Of a DNA stretch of 64,000 nucleotides, positions 62,923-64,000 are shown one piece after another. The stretch is from contig OY969585.1 in the NCBI GenBank assembly GCA_963701295.1, forward strand, positions 3,072,001-3,136,000, read 5' to 3'. The stretch's first letter is position 1. Each line of letters begins with the position of its first letter. Position numbers and translations under genes: made by a program. The notes under the pieces were generated by a model. The model did no database searches. It had not been told where the DNA came from and saw only the letters and a program-made list of their open reading frames with translations. The DNA comes from Ignavibacteriota bacterium. GTDB lineage: Bacteria; Bacteroidota; Ignavibacteria; UBA10030.

Positions 62923-63147
62923 ACCTAACGGATGGACGTTAATCCCGATTCGACAAATTTGATGTATTCCAATCAAATTGTAGTCGAATCGAGGATTTCA
63001 TAAAGCGGGAGCTCCAGCGCTGATAATTTTCAAAATGTACCAAATGAAACATGTTCATTGTACTATACTTTCAAATTAAAACAAAACCTCTATGCGCCTG
63101 CTTAACGTAACAATGCTCATCCGGTTAGCTTGAGCTGATGGTTAGGC
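62923..63147 (-). other. Integron attC-like site 2 (about 225 bp) containing an inserted palindrome
   Basis: Minus strand GCCTAAC-catca-GCTCAAGCT ... TTAAC-gtccatcc-GTTAGGT. The central region is homologous to attC1 (CTGATAAYTTTCAA, TGCTTAACGTA, GCTCAT). Confidence 0.72.
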
Positions 63148-63181
63148 GGCATCGTCTGTGTAAAGGCACACATATTTCACT

Positions 63182-63640
63182 CTAAGCTTGAAGACTACGT
63201 TTCCTCCATAGCGATAGTGCTAGGCCAACGATCATCAAAGTGAAGAGTATGAAGTTCACCATTGGTCCTGGTGGTGTTCCCGTGCGAACAAGTGGAACGA
63301 AATGGAGAAGCAGTTGTCTAGCCAAATAATCAAGCACTAGCAGTGCCAACATGAATGTGACCACGCTACGATATCGCACCAATACAATTATGCAAAGAAT
63401 ATTGATGACTAGGAGAGAAATCCCTGCGAGCGAAAATAGTGCTACGACTGTCTGTACGCCGGCGGGCGTGAATGTTTCAAGGGGAAATCCGTCGGCGTAC
63501 CTCGCGGTAGATTCACCGTTGAAGATAAGCATTAGACTCTGAAATGACTTAACGGACACAACCAATGCGAAGAGCCAGAGCGTAAATTTATGACCGCGAT
63601 ATGTATTATCGATTTGTTGAGGAAGAAGCCGATTGATCAT
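63182..63640 (-). CDS. Small membrane protein of unknown function (gene cassette B)
   Basis: About four hydrophobic segments. Preceded by GTTAAG-AAAGGA-ACTGTC-ATG and followed 34 nt after the stop by attC2. Confidence 0.75.
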   Translation of the reverse strand: MINRLLPQQIDNTYRGHKFTLWLFALVVSVKSFQSLMLIFNGESTARYADGFPLETFTPAGVQTVVALFSLAGISLLVINILCIIVLVRYRSVVTFMLALLVLDYLARQLLLHFVPLVRTGTPPGPMVNFILFTLMIVGLALSLWRKRSLQA

Positions 63641-63740
63641 GACAGTTCCTTTCTTAACTGTGAGCAGCTAATTAACTTCCAAGTTGTACTAAACGAAACA
63701 AGCTCAATCACTTCCCTTTCTAACCAGCACCTTATCAATT

Positions 63741-64000
63741 TTACAAAAATCCTCTTGCTTTTAACCATTTTTTGCATGCTTCAGTCCACGATGACTCTGT
63801 GTCAGACGATCGACCTAGACCGTATCCATGTCCACCTGTTTCATACAGATGCAGTTCGCATGGGATACTGAACTTCTTTAAAGCTAAGGTATAGTTGATA
63901 CTGTTTTGAATAGGAACCACATTATCGTTGATTGAATGGACAAGAAATGCAGGTGGTGTTTGTTTGCTTACCTGCAATTCGTTTGAAAATCGGTTCACCA
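63741..64000 (-). CDS. Alpha/beta hydrolase (carbohydrate esterase-like), C-terminal part; 5' end beyond window
   Basis: SNELQV..TPPAFLVHSINDNVVP..NS...ELHLYETGGHGYGL carries the catalytic Asp and His. Confidence 0.8.
   Translation of the reverse strand, partial: VNRFSNELQVSKQTPPAFLVHSINDNVVPIQNSINYTLALKKFSIPCELHLYETGGHGYGLGRSSDTESSWTEACKKWLKARGFL

Noticed and set aside
1-64000. CRISPR array, rRNA, intact tRNA, prophage or defence genes
   Set aside because: I saw no regularly spaced repeats and no matching motifs. Only a tRNA half is present.

Overview
This AT-rich window (roughly 40% GC by eye) is probably from an Ignavibacteria-like member of the FCB group. That is inferred from the many C-terminal T9SS sorting domains of the YPNPFNP type, PorV-like porins and canonical TTGACT-N17-TAAAYT promoters. 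About 60 kb is one very large hemicellulose (xyloglucan-type) utilisation locus. It encodes three GH31 enzymes, GH3, GH51, GH95, two GH2 (one frameshifted), GH74, an SGNH esterase, an unclassified clan-A GH, GH13, xylA, xylB, a sodium:solute symporter and a LacI regulator, plus T9SS-secreted proteins of unknown function and a CotH-type kinase. The most striking feature is that no SusD is recognisable. Instead there are two tandem paralogous four-gene cassettes: TonB-dependent transporter, large protein with an atypical CTD, PorV-like barrel, and IPT/beta-propeller lipoprotein. These look like an alternative glycan capture and import machine. The duplication also copied the promoter/operator region and left a lacI pseudogene cut by an IS3 relic. 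The locus ends at the 3' half of a tRNA-fMet followed by a hairpin, which looks like an att site. After that comes a small array of integron-type gene cassettes with unusually long attC sites and no integrase in the window. All calls come from motif recognition by eye; no database searches were run.
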